Under the pieces are notes generated by a model. The model saw nothing but the letters and a program-made list of their open reading frames with translations. It was not told the origin of the DNA and ran no database searches. A stretch of DNA of 64,000 bases from an uncultured candidatus Porisulfidus sp. (lineage in GTDB: Bacteria; Pseudomonadota; Gammaproteobacteria; Poriferisulfidales; Poriferisulfidaceae). Positions within the stretch are counted from its first letter, which is position 1; the number at the start of each line of letters is the position of its first letter. The position numbers and the translations under genes were made by a program. Of the stretch, positions 21,120 to 32,020 are shown one piece after another. The DNA lies in NCBI GenBank assembly GCA_965204575.1, contig OZ241993.1, positions 544,001 to 608,000 of the forward strand, in the 5' to 3' direction.

Positions 21120-22003
21120 CCGAAAAGATTACCTACAAGAAGCCGCTCTACATCCGGGTCTGGTTGGAAACAGCACTGAAGAAGGAATGGCTGAAATTCG
21201 CGGCGACACCCGTGATGCCGGACATGGCACCGGGATATGAGGAAGCCCAGGCGTGGGGATACGTTGTCGCGGGATACTTCCTGATCGAACAGGGCCTCAA
21301 GGCGGTTCTACACATGCGGGGCATCCAATCGGCAAAGACACATGCGTTGTCCGTCCTGTTCTTTGAACTTCCGGCAGAAGATCAGGACATGCTGCGCATC
21401 TACTATGATGACTTTCGCCATACCTTTCCCGGCATGAGTTTGTTTCCGTTTTCGACACTTGACGAATTTCTGGTTAATCTGGATGGCACCCGGAACAGCC
21501 GGGGCCAGCGTGCTGGATCCTTCGATTGGCGGTACTTCCTGACGGAGGAGGGCAGCGGCGCATCGATGCCGCTTGTCAGTATTAATGTAATGCATGAGAT
21601 CGTATACGGGTGCGTGCAGCTGGTCAGTTCGACCGACAAGGGGGATCAAAAGGCAGACAGAGCTACCTATAGTTGGCGCCTCCGATGGGAAAGATCAAGG
21701 CTTCAGCAGGACTGGTTGACGGTTCGTATGAATTCTCCGGAATGGGGAAAGGAAGGTGACCGGCTCGAGATCTTGTCGGGACCGGCGTATGGCGACCGGT
21801 ATGACTATCTGGTGTTCAAGGATGGTCAGATTCGGTCTTTCTTCGCACCGCTTCCTAGAACGGAAGAAGCCGGACTTACGGTCTTGGACAAGCGAGTTGA
21901 AATGGAATCGTTCGACCCAAAGGAAGGGTTCCGTAGCATCGGTGTCACTGTAAGTAAGCCGACGAAGCGTCGGGAACCTACGTCCCATCACGTGATGTTC
22001 TAG
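21116..22003 (+). CDS. HEPN-like domain protein
   Basis: IEQGLKAVL...KTHALSVL...DWRY resembles the HEPN E-x-x-LKA / KTHDL / RY pattern; ATGA overlap with the upstream gene. Confidence 0.55.
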   Translation: MTEKITYKKPLYIRVWLETALKKEWLKFAATPVMPDMAPGYEEAQAWGYVVAGYFLIEQGLKAVLHMRGIQSAKTHALSVLFFELPAEDQDMLRIYYDDFRHTFPGMSLFPFSTLDEFLVNLDGTRNSRGQRAGSFDWRYFLTEEGSGASMPLVSINVMHEIVYGCVQLVSSTDKGDQKADRATYSWRLRWERSRLQQDWLTVRMNSPEWGKEGDRLEILSGPAYGDRYDYLVFKDGQIRSFFAPLPRTEEAGLTVLDKRVEMESFDPKEGFRSIGVTVSKPTKRREPTSHHVMF

Positions 22004-22218
22004 GAGGCAACGCCACCATGCGAATTTGCCCCCAAACCAACGTCCCCAGATGCCATCGCAACCCACCTGCCGCTGGTCTCGCTGTGTGCAGTTTTCTGGA
22101 ATCATCAACATTCTTGACGCCCTGGGCGGAATAGAGGACTATAAATAGCGTGCCGAAGCGTCTTTTTGCAAATCATGAAGATTGAACACAGACGACCCTC
22201 TCCCGCGAGCCACATCTC

Positions 22219-23934
22219 ATGAAACGCTACGATGTTGTCACCGAAGAAAAGGCTGGTGGAGCAGTTTACACACCGAAATCATTGGCTGATTTCGTGTCGC
22301 AACAAATTACGAACATGGCTGGCGAGATGACCACTGGAAATTCGCTTTGTATCCTAGACCCTGCCGTTGGCGATGGAGAACTTCTTGTCAGTCTTCTTGA
22401 GCGCTTGCCATGCCGACCAAATCCCCATATTCAAGTTTGTGGTTTCGAAACAGACCCCGAAGCTCTGGATACCGCTAGAAAACGGATTGAACGGCAGTTC
22501 CCTGACATTCCCCTCTCTTTCAAGCTAGGCAACTTTCTCGAATTCATTCTCGAATATTTCGCGCTTAACGGCAATGAAAATCTATTCCATTCTGCTGTTC
22601 CCAAAGTTTACGACCTTGTCATTGCAAATCCCCCCTATGTGCGCACGCAGATCATGGGGGCACAACGGGCGCAGCAACTTTCAGAGCAATTTGGCCTCTC
22701 TGGCCGTGTCGACCTCTATCATGCATTCATCATCGGTATCTCCCAAGTGCTCAAGCCACAGGGTACGGCCGGGATTATCGTGTCCAACCGCTTCATGACC
22801 ACCAAGTCTGGCGCGGCCGTGCGGCGAGCTCTCTTTGACCGATTCAATGTCCGCCATGCTTGGGATTTGGGCGACACGAAACTTTTCGAAGCTGCGGTCC
22901 TGCCAGCGGTCTTGCTTGTTCAAGGAAAGCATGACCACCAGCGGGAGTCACCCGCATTTACATCCATCTACCAAACATCTGAACCTGCGAGCAAAACGGC
23001 CACTGACCCCATTTCTGCGCTCCGCACAGAAGGAATCGTGAGAGTCAGCGACGGACGGAACTTTCAAGTCCAGCATGGAAAGATAGACACGGGCGGCAAA
23101 CCCGATGGTGTCTGGCGCGTCGCAACAGAGGCAAGCGACAATTGGCTGAATGCCGTGGCGGCACGTAGTTGGGGCACTTTCCGCGATATTGGGAAAATAC
23201 GTGTTGGGGTTAAGACTTGCGCAGATAAAATTTTCATTCGTAATGATTGGTATGACATTGCGGAGACTGATCGACCAGAACTTCTTAAGCCGCTTACGAC
23301 CCATCATGTTGCCCGGCGCTTCAAGTCTCTTTCATCCGACCAACCAACTCAAATCCTCTATCCACACGAGATAGCAGAAGGCCGTCGCCGCGCCGTTGAC
23401 CTAGATCGGTACCCTCGTAGCCAGGCCTATCTCGCAGCGCATCGACCGATCTTGGAGAGCCGAAAGTACGTCATCGAGGCAGGCCGACAGTGGTATGAAA
23501 TCTGGGTTCCGCAAGATCCGGGTGCTTGGGACCAACCGAAACTCGTATTCCGGGACATTGCGGATCAGCCGACATTCTGGATCGATTTGGATGGTTCCGT
23601 TGTCAACGGAGATTGTTATTGGCTTGCTGTTGAGAACTCCGCTGACTTGGACCTTCTCTGGCTCGCGGTCGCTGTTGCAAACTCGACATTTATCGAACAA
23701 TTCTACGATCTCCGGTTTCACAACAAACTTTATGCGGGCCGCCGGCGATTTATGACGCAGTATGTTGAAAATTTTCCTCTTCCCGACCCACGTAATTCTT
23801 TGGGCAAGTCCATCATCGCCAAAGCGAAGCGGATACACCGAGTTATGCCCTCCCCGTCCAGCGAGACACTTCAGCAGGAACTGAACGCGATGGTCTGGAA
23901 AGCGTTTTCCAGCAGCGCTCTCGCCTATGGCTAG
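22219..23934 (+). CDS. Type II N6-adenine DNA methyltransferase, M.BseCI/M.BanIII/M.ClaI-like
   Basis: LDPAVGDG and NPPY. The blocks NPPYVRTQIMGA, GRVDLY, WYEIWVP and NKLYAGRRR match my recollection of M.BseCI. Confidence 0.88.
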   Translation: MKRYDVVTEEKAGGAVYTPKSLADFVSQQITNMAGEMTTGNSLCILDPAVGDGELLVSLLERLPCRPNPHIQVCGFETDPEALDTARKRIERQFPDIPLSFKLGNFLEFILEYFALNGNENLFHSAVPKVYDLVIANPPYVRTQIMGAQRAQQLSEQFGLSGRVDLYHAFIIGISQVLKPQGTAGIIVSNRFMTTKSGAAVRRALFDRFNVRHAWDLGDTKLFEAAVLPAVLLVQGKHDHQRESPAFTSIYQTSEPASKTATDPISALRTEGIVRVSDGRNFQVQHGKIDTGGKPDGVWRVATEASDNWLNAVAARSWGTFRDIGKIRVGVKTCADKIFIRNDWYDIAETDRPELLKPLTTHHVARRFKSLSSDQPTQILYPHEIAEGRRRAVDLDRYPRSQAYLAAHRPILESRKYVIEAGRQWYEIWVPQDPGAWDQPKLVFRDIADQPTFWIDLDGSVVNGDCYWLAVENSADLDLLWLAVAVANSTFIEQFYDLRFHNKLYAGRRRFMTQYVENFPLPDPRNSLGKSIIAKAKRIHRVMPSPSSETLQQELNAMVWKAFSSSALAYG

Positions 23935-23946
23935 CAACTCTTTTTT

Positions 23947-24996
23947 TCAGTCAAAAAAATCCAACGGCAATGGTATTTGGAGTTTCTTATTCAGCACTTT
24001 GCCCTGAAACTGCGGAAATCGAGTAAAAAAGTTCTCACCGGTGCTCAGAAACAAATGCGTCAATGTCACCATTTCCCCGTCTGTTTCAGCGTAGAACAGA
24101 GCATAGCGGACATCGCAATGCCGGATTTGCCTGCCACTGATCTTCGGTATATCAAATGTTTCCTCACTGTTTGGGCACACCAAGCCCAGATCAATAGTCG
24201 GTGACGTTTGGAGCTTTACTTCCAACAGTTGATGCCGGACATCAGGAAATTGACCATCGTCGCGATATTCGGCATATCCTAAGTACTGACATACAAGTCT
24301 ATGCAATAGTGCACCCCGATTGCGTTCCTGATCATGCCCAGCGTCGACAAATGATACGCCGACAAGAGACCGAAGCCGATTGAACATCTCCTGGATCGGT
24401 AATAGTTCTTTCGCGCTTGGATCGTCCGCCGGACTTTTCGCGGCCGATAGATCAACGCCTGCCCGCACAATGGCGTCAAGTGTTTCTGTATCCTTCTCGC
24501 CGACTAGTTCGGCCTTTGTGCTACCGGGAATCAGCCTTGCTTGATACTTCTGAGTCAGGGTCCCCGTTGTATCCAGTAACGCTAGTGTGTTGCCTGCGAC
24601 CACTTTAATCTTGGTGATCACGTCCTCCGGTCCTACTCGAATAATCACGTAACGCCGTGTGGGCGCCAGTTCTTCATTCCAGATCTGAAGGTTGTTTGAT
24701 TTCTGCGTGTAAACATCAAAGAGTTGACCCGGGAAGCGGGGTTGCACTTTTTTGAAACTAGGCGGTACCGGGTATCCAAGCGAGAGACACACATGTTCCT
24801 TAACAACCTTTGAGCGGGTCCGTAGCGAGAGTCCGGCAAGTGAAATGCCAGACATGGCCATGTTGAGCAATTCCTCCAGTCTCGGCGTTGGGATCCAAAG
24901 ATCTGGGTCACCGATCTCGATATGGTCGTAGATTGACAACCCGCTTCGGCGGATTGCTTCAACGTATCGCTTTGCCCCAATACCGTTAGATGCCAT
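23947..24996 (-). CDS. Type II restriction endonuclease, probable cognate of the adjacent MTase
   Basis: FPDVRHQLLEVKLQ PD-(D/E)xK motif; convergent with the MTase; start chosen at MASNG. Confidence 0.8.
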   Translation of the reverse strand: MASNGIGAKRYVEAIRRSGLSIYDHIEIGDPDLWIPTPRLEELLNMAMSGISLAGLSLRTRSKVVKEHVCLSLGYPVPPSFKKVQPRFPGQLFDVYTQKSNNLQIWNEELAPTRRYVIIRVGPEDVITKIKVVAGNTLALLDTTGTLTQKYQARLIPGSTKAELVGEKDTETLDAIVRAGVDLSAAKSPADDPSAKELLPIQEMFNRLRSLVGVSFVDAGHDQERNRGALLHRLVCQYLGYAEYRDDGQFPDVRHQLLEVKLQTSPTIDLGLVCPNSEETFDIPKISGRQIRHCDVRYALFYAETDGEMVTLTHLFLSTGENFFTRFPQFQGKVLNKKLQIPLPLDFFD

Positions 24997-25025
24997 TGCC
25001 AAACATTTTCTATAGAAGTCCTGCG

Positions 25026-28000
25026 CTAGACCGGTTGATCCACAGGTCCTTTCGCCTTGCCCAACTGCAAGAGGCAGGGCAGCAGAATCAGCGTGAAGGC
25101 GGTGCTGACGGCCATTCCGCCGATGATAACACTCGCGAATCCCTTGTAGATCTCGGACCCGGGTCCCGGTAGGAGCAGCAGGGGCATCATCCCGAAAATT
25201 CCGGTGAGGGTACTCATGAGAATAGGCCGCAGGCGGATGTGCACGGACTCCCACACGGCGTCGTGCCTTGATCTTCCCTCGCGTTCGGCGGCGCGCGCCT
25301 GATGCACGAGCAGGATCGCATTGTTCACGACCAGGCCCAAAACAACAATAAAGCCGAGCATGGTCAAGAGATCCGCGGGAAGGCCCAGGAAGCGCAGCAT
25401 GAACACGCCTCCCACCGTTGCGAGCGGCAGCACCAGGATGACCCAGATTCCGTCGATGAATGATCGGAACAAGGCGCTGACCAGCAAGTAAAGAATGATG
25501 ATCGCCAAGACGAAACTGCTGGCGAAACTCTGGATTGCCGTCTTCAGGTTGTCCGCGGAACCGCTGAGCCGGATTTCCCCGTCCTCGGGCAATTCCCGTT
25601 CCATCACCGGCACGACCTCCTGGTTTATTTTCTCGATCACCTCTTCCAGCGGCATGCCGTCGGGCGGGCGCAGTTCCAGCGTCACCGTGCGCCGCCGGTC
25701 CAGGCGACGGATCTGGTTCGGACCGGCCGTGCGCTGGATGTCGACCAGTTCGCTGACCGGCAAGACGCCCCCGTCTGTTGTGTACAGGGGGATGGCCGCC
25801 AATTCCTCCGGGGTCTTCCAGGGCTCCACCCTGGCGATCACGTCCAGTTTCTTCTCGCCGTCAAAACGCTCGCCCACGAACAGGCCCTGGCCGAGGAACC
25901 GGGCAATCTTCGCCATCACGAGCCGGCTCCAGCCGATTTCGGCCAGGCGTTCATCCTTGGGTTCCATCCGCAGTTCGGGTTCGGCCAGTTCCAGGCCGGG
26001 ACGCGGACGGGCGCGGGCGCCGTTGAAGACTTCCGGGATCTTGGCAAACCCGACCCTCGCGGCCTGCAGCAGATCGTCGATGTTGCTCCCCTGGACATTG
26101 ATGTCGATTTCGGCGCGTCCGCCGATGCCGCTGAACAGGGAAGCCTTCTGCGCGATGGCGAAACTGTCCGGGAAACCCGACACGACCTCGTTCACCACGC
26201 CGACCAGCTGGTTGATTTCTTCCTTGTCGGGGTTTTCGGCCCGCGCCCCCAGGAAGATGGAGCCCTCCGCGGCGACGAAGAAGAAGCGTTTGACCTTCGG
26301 CGTTTTTTCGCCTTCCAGGTAGGGTTGCAGGCGCTCGACGATCACCTCGCCCATTTCCTTCTCGATGTGGTCGATATTGACGCCCGGGGGCGGGATGATG
26401 ATGCCGATCACCAGGTTGCGGTTGCCCGTGGGCATGTAGTCGGTCTTGGGGAACGCCAGGTACGTAAGGGTCACCGCCGCCCCGATCAGCCCGGCGATCC
26501 ACAATGCGCGCAGGGTGGCCGTGCCGGTCAGGCCCATGATGACCGAGGTCGCGCGGTTCCACCAGTCCTCGTGCAGGCTCGTCAGTTCTTCCCCGGCCAG
26601 GAGCTTGTGCTTTGCGACGGGGATGACGACGCTTGCGACCAGCAGCGAGGTCGCGATGGCGACCGAGATCACGATGGCGAGGTCCGCGAACAGCTGGCCG
26701 CTCTGGTCCTTCATGAAGATGATGGGCAGGAATATCGCGACCGTCGTCACGGTGGACGCGAACAGGGCCGGCCAGACCTGGCGCACCCCTTCGAGCGAGG
26801 CTTCCCGCGAGGCCATGCCCCGCTCGCGCATGCGCACGATGTTCTCCAGCACGATGATGGCGGCATCCATGACCATCCCCACGGCGAAAGCCATGCCCGC
26901 CAGGGAAATGATGTTGATGGTGCGGCCCGTCATGTTCATCACGACGAGCGTCACGAACAGGCACAACGGGATGGTCAGGGCGACGGTCAGCGTGGCCCGC
27001 AGTTTCCGGAGGAACCACCACAGGATTGCCACAGCGAACAGGATGCCCAGGCTCAGGCTGTTGCGCAGCAGCCGGATGGCGCTGTCGATGTAGACGGTCT
27101 CGTCGTAGACCTGTTCGAGGACGAGATTGGCGCGCTTGATGGGGCCGCGTTGCATCTCCTCGACCGCGGCACGGATATCGTCCATGGTTTCGAGCACGTT
27201 GACGCCCGTCTGGCGGTAGGCGTTGACCGCGATGGAATGGCCTTCCCTGGTGACCACGAAATTGCTGCGGTCCGCGGGCAGGCGTTCAACGCGGGCGATA
27301 TCCCCCAGGGTGACCGGCTCGCCTTCGCGCCACGCCAGGATCAGTTCCTTGAGTTGCCGGGCGTTCAACGCGCCGGCATAGCGCAGCGTGTAGCGGCGTT
27401 TCCCGACGTCCGCCGTGCCGCCGGAGATGTCTTCGTTTCCGGAAGCGAGCCCGATCGCCTGGGTCAGGTCCACCCCCAGCCCGGCCGCCTTGTACGGGTC
27501 GACCGTGATGCGGACCTCGTTCTCGTTGCCGCCGTACACCTGGGAGAGGGCGACCCCGGGAACCCGCTCCAGGCGCGGTTGGACGGATTCTTCGATGAAG
27601 TCCTGGTAGGCGCTGATCGGTCTTGGGTTGCCTTCGGCCGGCCGGATGACGAACCAGGCAATGGGGCGGCCCCGGCCTCCCGATGTGCTGAGTATGGGCT
27701 CGTCCGCATCTTCGGGATAGCTGGGGACGCGGTTCAGGCGGTTGATGACTTCGACCAGGGCGCGGTCCAGTTCCTGGTCCACTTGGAAGGTGATCGTGAT
27801 CTTTCCGGTGCCCATGTTGGCTTCGGAGAGCAGTTCCTTCGCACCGGGCAGCCCGCGGAGCTGCTTCTCCTGGGGCTCGATGATCTCGGCCTCGACCTCC
27901 TCCGGCGCGGCGGCCCGCCAGGTGGTCGTGATGACGATTTCGGGCTGCTCCACCTCGGGGACAAGCTGGATCGGCAGGTGGGTCAGGGTCACCGACCCGA

Positions 28001-28070
28001 ACAGGATGGCAAGCAGGCACCCGGCCAGCGTTGCCACGGGGTTCCCTAGGGCAAGCCGGATGAGACCCAT
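25026..28070 (-). CDS. RND efflux permease (AcrB/CzcA-like family)
   Basis: About 1010 aa; GMVMDAAIIVLENI, VVNNAILLV, RLRPILMST. Confidence 0.95.
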   Translation of the reverse strand: MGLIRLALGNPVATLAGCLLAILFGSVTLTHLPIQLVPEVEQPEIVITTTWRAAAPEEVEAEIIEPQEKQLRGLPGAKELLSEANMGTGKITITFQVDQELDRALVEVINRLNRVPSYPEDADEPILSTSGGRGRPIAWFVIRPAEGNPRPISAYQDFIEESVQPRLERVPGVALSQVYGGNENEVRITVDPYKAAGLGVDLTQAIGLASGNEDISGGTADVGKRRYTLRYAGALNARQLKELILAWREGEPVTLGDIARVERLPADRSNFVVTREGHSIAVNAYRQTGVNVLETMDDIRAAVEEMQRGPIKRANLVLEQVYDETVYIDSAIRLLRNSLSLGILFAVAILWWFLRKLRATLTVALTIPLCLFVTLVVMNMTGRTINIISLAGMAFAVGMVMDAAIIVLENIVRMRERGMASREASLEGVRQVWPALFASTVTTVAIFLPIIFMKDQSGQLFADLAIVISVAIATSLLVASVVIPVAKHKLLAGEELTSLHEDWWNRATSVIMGLTGTATLRALWIAGLIGAAVTLTYLAFPKTDYMPTGNRNLVIGIIIPPPGVNIDHIEKEMGEVIVERLQPYLEGEKTPKVKRFFFVAAEGSIFLGARAENPDKEEINQLVGVVNEVVSGFPDSFAIAQKASLFSGIGGRAEIDINVQGSNIDDLLQAARVGFAKIPEVFNGARARPRPGLELAEPELRMEPKDERLAEIGWSRLVMAKIARFLGQGLFVGERFDGEKKLDVIARVEPWKTPEELAAIPLYTTDGGVLPVSELVDIQRTAGPNQIRRLDRRRTVTLELRPPDGMPLEEVIEKINQEVVPVMERELPEDGEIRLSGSADNLKTAIQSFASSFVLAIIILYLLVSALFRSFIDGIWVILVLPLATVGGVFMLRFLGLPADLLTMLGFIVVLGLVVNNAILLVHQARAAEREGRSRHDAVWESVHIRLRPILMSTLTGIFGMMPLLLLPGPGSEIYKGFASVIIGGMAVSTAFTLILLPCLLQLGKAKGPVDQPV

Positions 28071-28080
28071 AGATCGCTTT

Positions 28081-29130
28081 CTACAGGGGCTTCACTTGGA
28101 CCGGCATGCCGGGGCGCAGGTTTTCGCCGCCGCGGATCACCACCCGGTCATGTTCCCGGATTCCGCCGACCACCTCGATGCGATCAGGCGTGGCGATCCC
28201 GGTCTGCACCGCCACCCTCTCGGCGATGGACTCCTGGTTCACCCGGTACACGTAAATTCCTTCACGGCGCAAAATCAAGGCGTCACGGGGCACCAGCACG
28301 GCCTCGCGCGGGAGCGCGGTCGGCACGGCCACGCGCAGCAGGTTGCCGGCGCTCAGGGAGGGATCCGTCACGGAGAGCCTCAGTTCGTACAGCCGGGACA
28401 CGTCCCCGCCGATCGGCACGATCGTGCGCACCGTGCCGGTTCCGGAGACCTTCCCGTCGGTGTAGGTCAGCGAGGTGCCGACCGTTGCAAGCTTCAGGGA
28501 ACTGGCCGGAATGTGGGTCTCGACCTCCAGGTTGTCGGCGCTGACTAGGCGCACGATGGCGTCCCCGTTGTCGGCCCACTCCCCGGCCTGCAGCCATCGT
28601 TCCGACACGACGCCGTCGAAAGGCGCGAGGATGCTGGTGCGTTTGAGGCGTTCTTTCGCCTGCGACAGGCGGGCCTGGGCGGACAGGATATTGTTGTGCG
28701 CGACGGAGCGGTCCATTCTTTCCTGATCGACCTGGCTGCGCGCAATGTTGTTTTCCTGCAGCAGCTTCTCCAGGCGTTCCACCTGCCGGGTGTGGAAATC
28801 GAACTTGGCCTGTTCCCGCTGGATGATGGACTGCTCCTCGATGACCTGCTGGCGGAAGAAGGTGTCGTCCAGCTTGGCGACGGTTTCCCCCTTGAGGAAG
28901 CGATCGCCGACTTCCGCGACCCACGTCAGGCGACCGGCGATTTCCCCGGCCAGCTTCGCGTCGTCCCGGCTGATGACCGTGGCGCTGTACAGCGCGGTGG
29001 GAGACACGAACTGCTTGACCGCGTGATCGACCACGACGAGTGCGGCGGGCGGCCCCTTCTGGTCTTCCGCCAGCGTCGCAGAGGCGGGCAGGACCAAGGC
29101 CAAGGCGACGGCGGCAAGTACGGGTCTCAT
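28081..29130 (-). CDS. RND periplasmic adaptor (membrane fusion protein)
   Basis: Signal peptide, lipoyl half-motifs (EIAGRL...GDRF; ILAPFDGVV), VPRDAL. Confidence 0.92.
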   Translation of the reverse strand: MRPVLAAVALALVLPASATLAEDQKGPPAALVVVDHAVKQFVSPTALYSATVISRDDAKLAGEIAGRLTWVAEVGDRFLKGETVAKLDDTFFRQQVIEEQSIIQREQAKFDFHTRQVERLEKLLQENNIARSQVDQERMDRSVAHNNILSAQARLSQAKERLKRTSILAPFDGVVSERWLQAGEWADNGDAIVRLVSADNLEVETHIPASSLKLATVGTSLTYTDGKVSGTGTVRTIVPIGGDVSRLYELRLSVTDPSLSAGNLLRVAVPTALPREAVLVPRDALILRREGIYVYRVNQESIAERVAVQTGIATPDRIEVVGGIREHDRVVIRGGENLRPGMPVQVKPL

Positions 29131-31088
29131 GGGGAAGCCCGGTTCATCCGGTTCTCGATCAGGTCGTCGACCACGGCCGGGTCGGCCAGCGTCGAGGTGT
29201 CGCCCAGTTCCGCGTAGTCGTCGGCCGCAATCTTGCGCAGGATCCGGCGCATGATCTTCCCGGAGCGGGTCTTCGGCAGCCCCGGCGCCCACTGGATGAG
29301 GTCCGGTCGTGCGATCGGCCCGATCTGCTCGCGCACCCAGGCGCCCAGAGCCCCCCGCAATTCCTCGTCCGGGTCCTGCCCGGCCATCAGCGTGACATAG
29401 GCATAGATGCCTTGGCCCTTGATCTCGTGAGGGAACCCCACGACGGCCGCTTCCGCCACCTGCGGATGCGCGACCAGCGCCGACTCCACTTCGGCGGTGC
29501 CCATGCGGTGCCCCGAGACGTTGATCACGTCGTCGACCCGACCGGTGATCCAGTAATCGCCGTCTTCGTCGCGGCGGGCGCCGTCGCCGGTGAAGTAACG
29601 CCCGGGGTATTGGGTGAAATACGTGTCGATGAATCGCTGGTGGTTGCCGTAGACCGTGCGCATCTGCCCGGGCCAGCTGTCCGCGATGCACAGGTTGCCT
29701 TCACCGGCGCCTTCAATTTCATTTCCCTGGGCATCCACAAGGACCGGCTGAATTCCGAAGAACGGACGGGTCGCGGAGCCCGGCTTCAGGTCCATGGCGC
29801 CGGGCAGCGGGGCGATCATGATTCCGCCCGTCTCGGTCTGCCACCAGGTGTCCGCCACCGGGCAGCGGCCGTCGCCGATGACTTGGTGATAGAACAACCA
29901 GGCTTCCGGGTTGATGGGCTCGCCGACCGTGCCGAGCACGCGGAGCGTCTTCCGGGAAGTCCTGCGCACCGGTTCCATGCCCTCGCGCATCAGTGCGCGG
30001 ATGGCCGTCGGCGCGGTGTAGAACAGGGAGACCTGGTGCTTGTCGCAGACTTGCCAGAATCGTGACGCATCCGGGTAGTTTGGCACGCCTTCGAACATCA
30101 GGGTGGTGGCACCGTTGGCCAGCGGGCCGTAAACGATGTAGCTGTGCCCGGTGACCCAGCCGACGTCGGCCGTGCACCAGTAGATCTCGCTCTCGTGATA
30201 GTCGAACACGTACTGGTGGGTCATCGAGGCGTAAACCAGGTAGCCACCGGTGGTGTGCAGCACGCCTTTCGGCTTGCCGGTCGAGCCCGAGGTGTAGAGG
30301 ATGAACAGCGGATCCTCTGCAGCCATCTCTTCCGGCGGGCAGTCGTCATCGACCTGTGCGTCCAGGTCGTGCGCCCAAAGGTCGCGGCCTTCGTTCCATG
30401 CGATTTCTGCGCCGGTATGCCGCACGACAACCACATGTTCGACCGAGGGACAAGTCTCGACTGCCCGGTCGGTGTTTGCCTTGAGCGGGATCCGCTTGCC
30501 GCCGCGCACGCCCTCGTCGGCCGTGATGACCATGTTGCTGTCGGCATCGCGGATGCGTCCCGCCATCGCTTCAGGCGAGAAACCGCCGAACACCACGGAG
30601 TGGATGGCGCCGATCCGTGTGCATGCCAGCATGGCGACGGCCGCTTCCGGGATCATCGGCATGTAGATGGTGATCCGGTCGCCTTTTCTGGCGCCGGCTG
30701 CCTTGAGACCGTTGGCGAACCGGCAGACCTGCCGGTGCAGTTCCCGGTAGGTGATGGCCTTGTCCTGATCCGGCTCATCGCCCTCCCACAGGATGGCGAC
30801 CTGATTCCCACGCGATTCGAGATGGCGGTCGACGCAGTTGTAGCAGGCGTTCAGGGTGCCGTCGTAGAACCAGCGGATATGCAGATCGGACGCATCGTAG
30901 GAGACGTCCCGGATGTGCGTGTAGGGCCGGATCCAATCGATTCTACGGCCGTGCTCCAGCCAGAACCCCTCCGGGTCCTCGATCGAGCGGCGATAGTTTT
31001 CAAGATATCCGGCCCGGTCGACCCACGCCGTTTTCGCCAGGGCGTCAGGGACCGGGAAAAGCTGGCCGGAAAGCGAAGCGTCGGCCAT
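29127..31088 (-). CDS. acs: Acetyl-CoA synthetase
   Basis: [31 protein letters not shown]. Confidence 0.97.
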   Translation of the reverse strand: MADASLSGQLFPVPDALAKTAWVDRAGYLENYRRSIEDPEGFWLEHGRRIDWIRPYTHIRDVSYDASDLHIRWFYDGTLNACYNCVDRHLESRGNQVAILWEGDEPDQDKAITYRELHRQVCRFANGLKAAGARKGDRITIYMPMIPEAAVAMLACTRIGAIHSVVFGGFSPEAMAGRIRDADSNMVITADEGVRGGKRIPLKANTDRAVETCPSVEHVVVVRHTGAEIAWNEGRDLWAHDLDAQVDDDCPPEEMAAEDPLFILYTSGSTGKPKGVLHTTGGYLVYASMTHQYVFDYHESEIYWCTADVGWVTGHSYIVYGPLANGATTLMFEGVPNYPDASRFWQVCDKHQVSLFYTAPTAIRALMREGMEPVRRTSRKTLRVLGTVGEPINPEAWLFYHQVIGDGRCPVADTWWQTETGGIMIAPLPGAMDLKPGSATRPFFGIQPVLVDAQGNEIEGAGEGNLCIADSWPGQMRTVYGNHQRFIDTYFTQYPGRYFTGDGARRDEDGDYWITGRVDDVINVSGHRMGTAEVESALVAHPQVAEAAVVGFPHEIKGQGIYAYVTLMAGQDPDEELRGALGAWVREQIGPIARPDLIQWAPGLPKTRSGKIMRRILRKIAADDYAELGDTSTLADPAVVDDLIENRMNRASP

Positions 31089-31102
31089 GGGATCGTTGCG
31101 GC

Positions 31103-31921
31103 TCACAGGTGCCGGATCAGGGCGAGCGCCAGTTCGGTCTCCCGCATGTCCAGCCGGAACACATTGGAGATGTCCGAGAAATACTGGCCCCAGCGGTGCT
31201 TTTCGTATTGAGTGTGACGGAGTTCGCCGCGTAGCGCGAAGTCCGTGCCGAGAGGGACTTCCATCCCGCCGCCGAAAGACCAGCCGGTCTGGTAGAAATC
31301 CCAGTGCGGGTCGCCGTCGATGTACTGGTCGTCGGTGCAACCGTCGCCGCGCGTACAGCCGCGGGAGCGGTAGCCGAAACTATTGTGCACGCGGCGCACG
31401 CCGGCCAGCAGGTACAGGCTGGAGTCGGCGCCGGCGAGCGTACGCAGGAAGGCCGGATTGCCGCCGAGCCGCAGCGTCAGGCCGAAACTGCGATCCTTCT
31501 CGAAGCGCCAGCGGTAGGGCCAGCTCTCGCCGGCCTGGTCGCGGCCGGGGGAGACGCCGACACCGGGCAACCGGCCGCGGGCAGTGCCGCCATGCACGGC
31601 AGCATCGAGCTCCGCTTCCAGGAACAGGCCGTCGGCGAAGGTTCGGCGATAGCCAAGCAGCAGGCCGACGCCGGCCAGAACCTCGCTGTCCTCGTCGCGG
31701 TCGCTCAGAACCCGGCCCAGGCCGGCGGGCACGGCTTGGGCGTGGTTGTGGAAAGTGCGCCCGAATTCCGGTTCCGCATCCGCGGCGGTCGCTTGGATGC
31801 CGATATGGAAGCGCCCGTCGCTCGCGGCGGCGGTTTGGGCTGCGAGCAGGCCGATGGCGAGCAGTGCCGCACCGCGCCCGATTCCGAGAACTGTCTGGGT
31901 TGGGTTGCGGAAGATGGACAT
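31103..31921 (-). CDS. Outer-membrane beta-barrel protein (Omp25/RopB/OmpA-barrel-like)
   Basis: Signal peptide, alternating beta-strands, [11 protein letters not shown]...[10 protein letters not shown]. Confidence 0.7.
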   Translation of the reverse strand: MSIFRNPTQTVLGIGRGAALLAIGLLAAQTAAASDGRFHIGIQATAADAEPEFGRTFHNHAQAVPAGLGRVLSDRDEDSEVLAGVGLLLGYRRTFADGLFLEAELDAAVHGGTARGRLPGVGVSPGRDQAGESWPYRWRFEKDRSFGLTLRLGGNPAFLRTLAGADSSLYLLAGVRRVHNSFGYRSRGCTRGDGCTDDQYIDGDPHWDFYQTGWSFGGGMEVPLGTDFALRGELRHTQYEKHRWGQYFSDISNVFRLDMRETELALALIRHL

Positions 31922-32020
31922 GGCGATTTTTCCGGGGGCGGGCCAGAAGGCCAGGGCGAACATGGCGGCTTTCCATTATTCTAGAGCATGACAGTCGCGG
32001 TTTGGGTCTACAATGGGGGC

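Noticed and set aside
24997-25254. N-terminal extension of the REase in the ORF track
   Set aside because: It overlaps the RND gene in another frame; the true start is more likely 24996. Similar over-extensions were trimmed for several other ORFs.
31965-31990. Irr ICE box between the OMP and Fur-family genes
   Set aside because: Only a half-site-like TTCTAGA is present, with no matching inverted arm.
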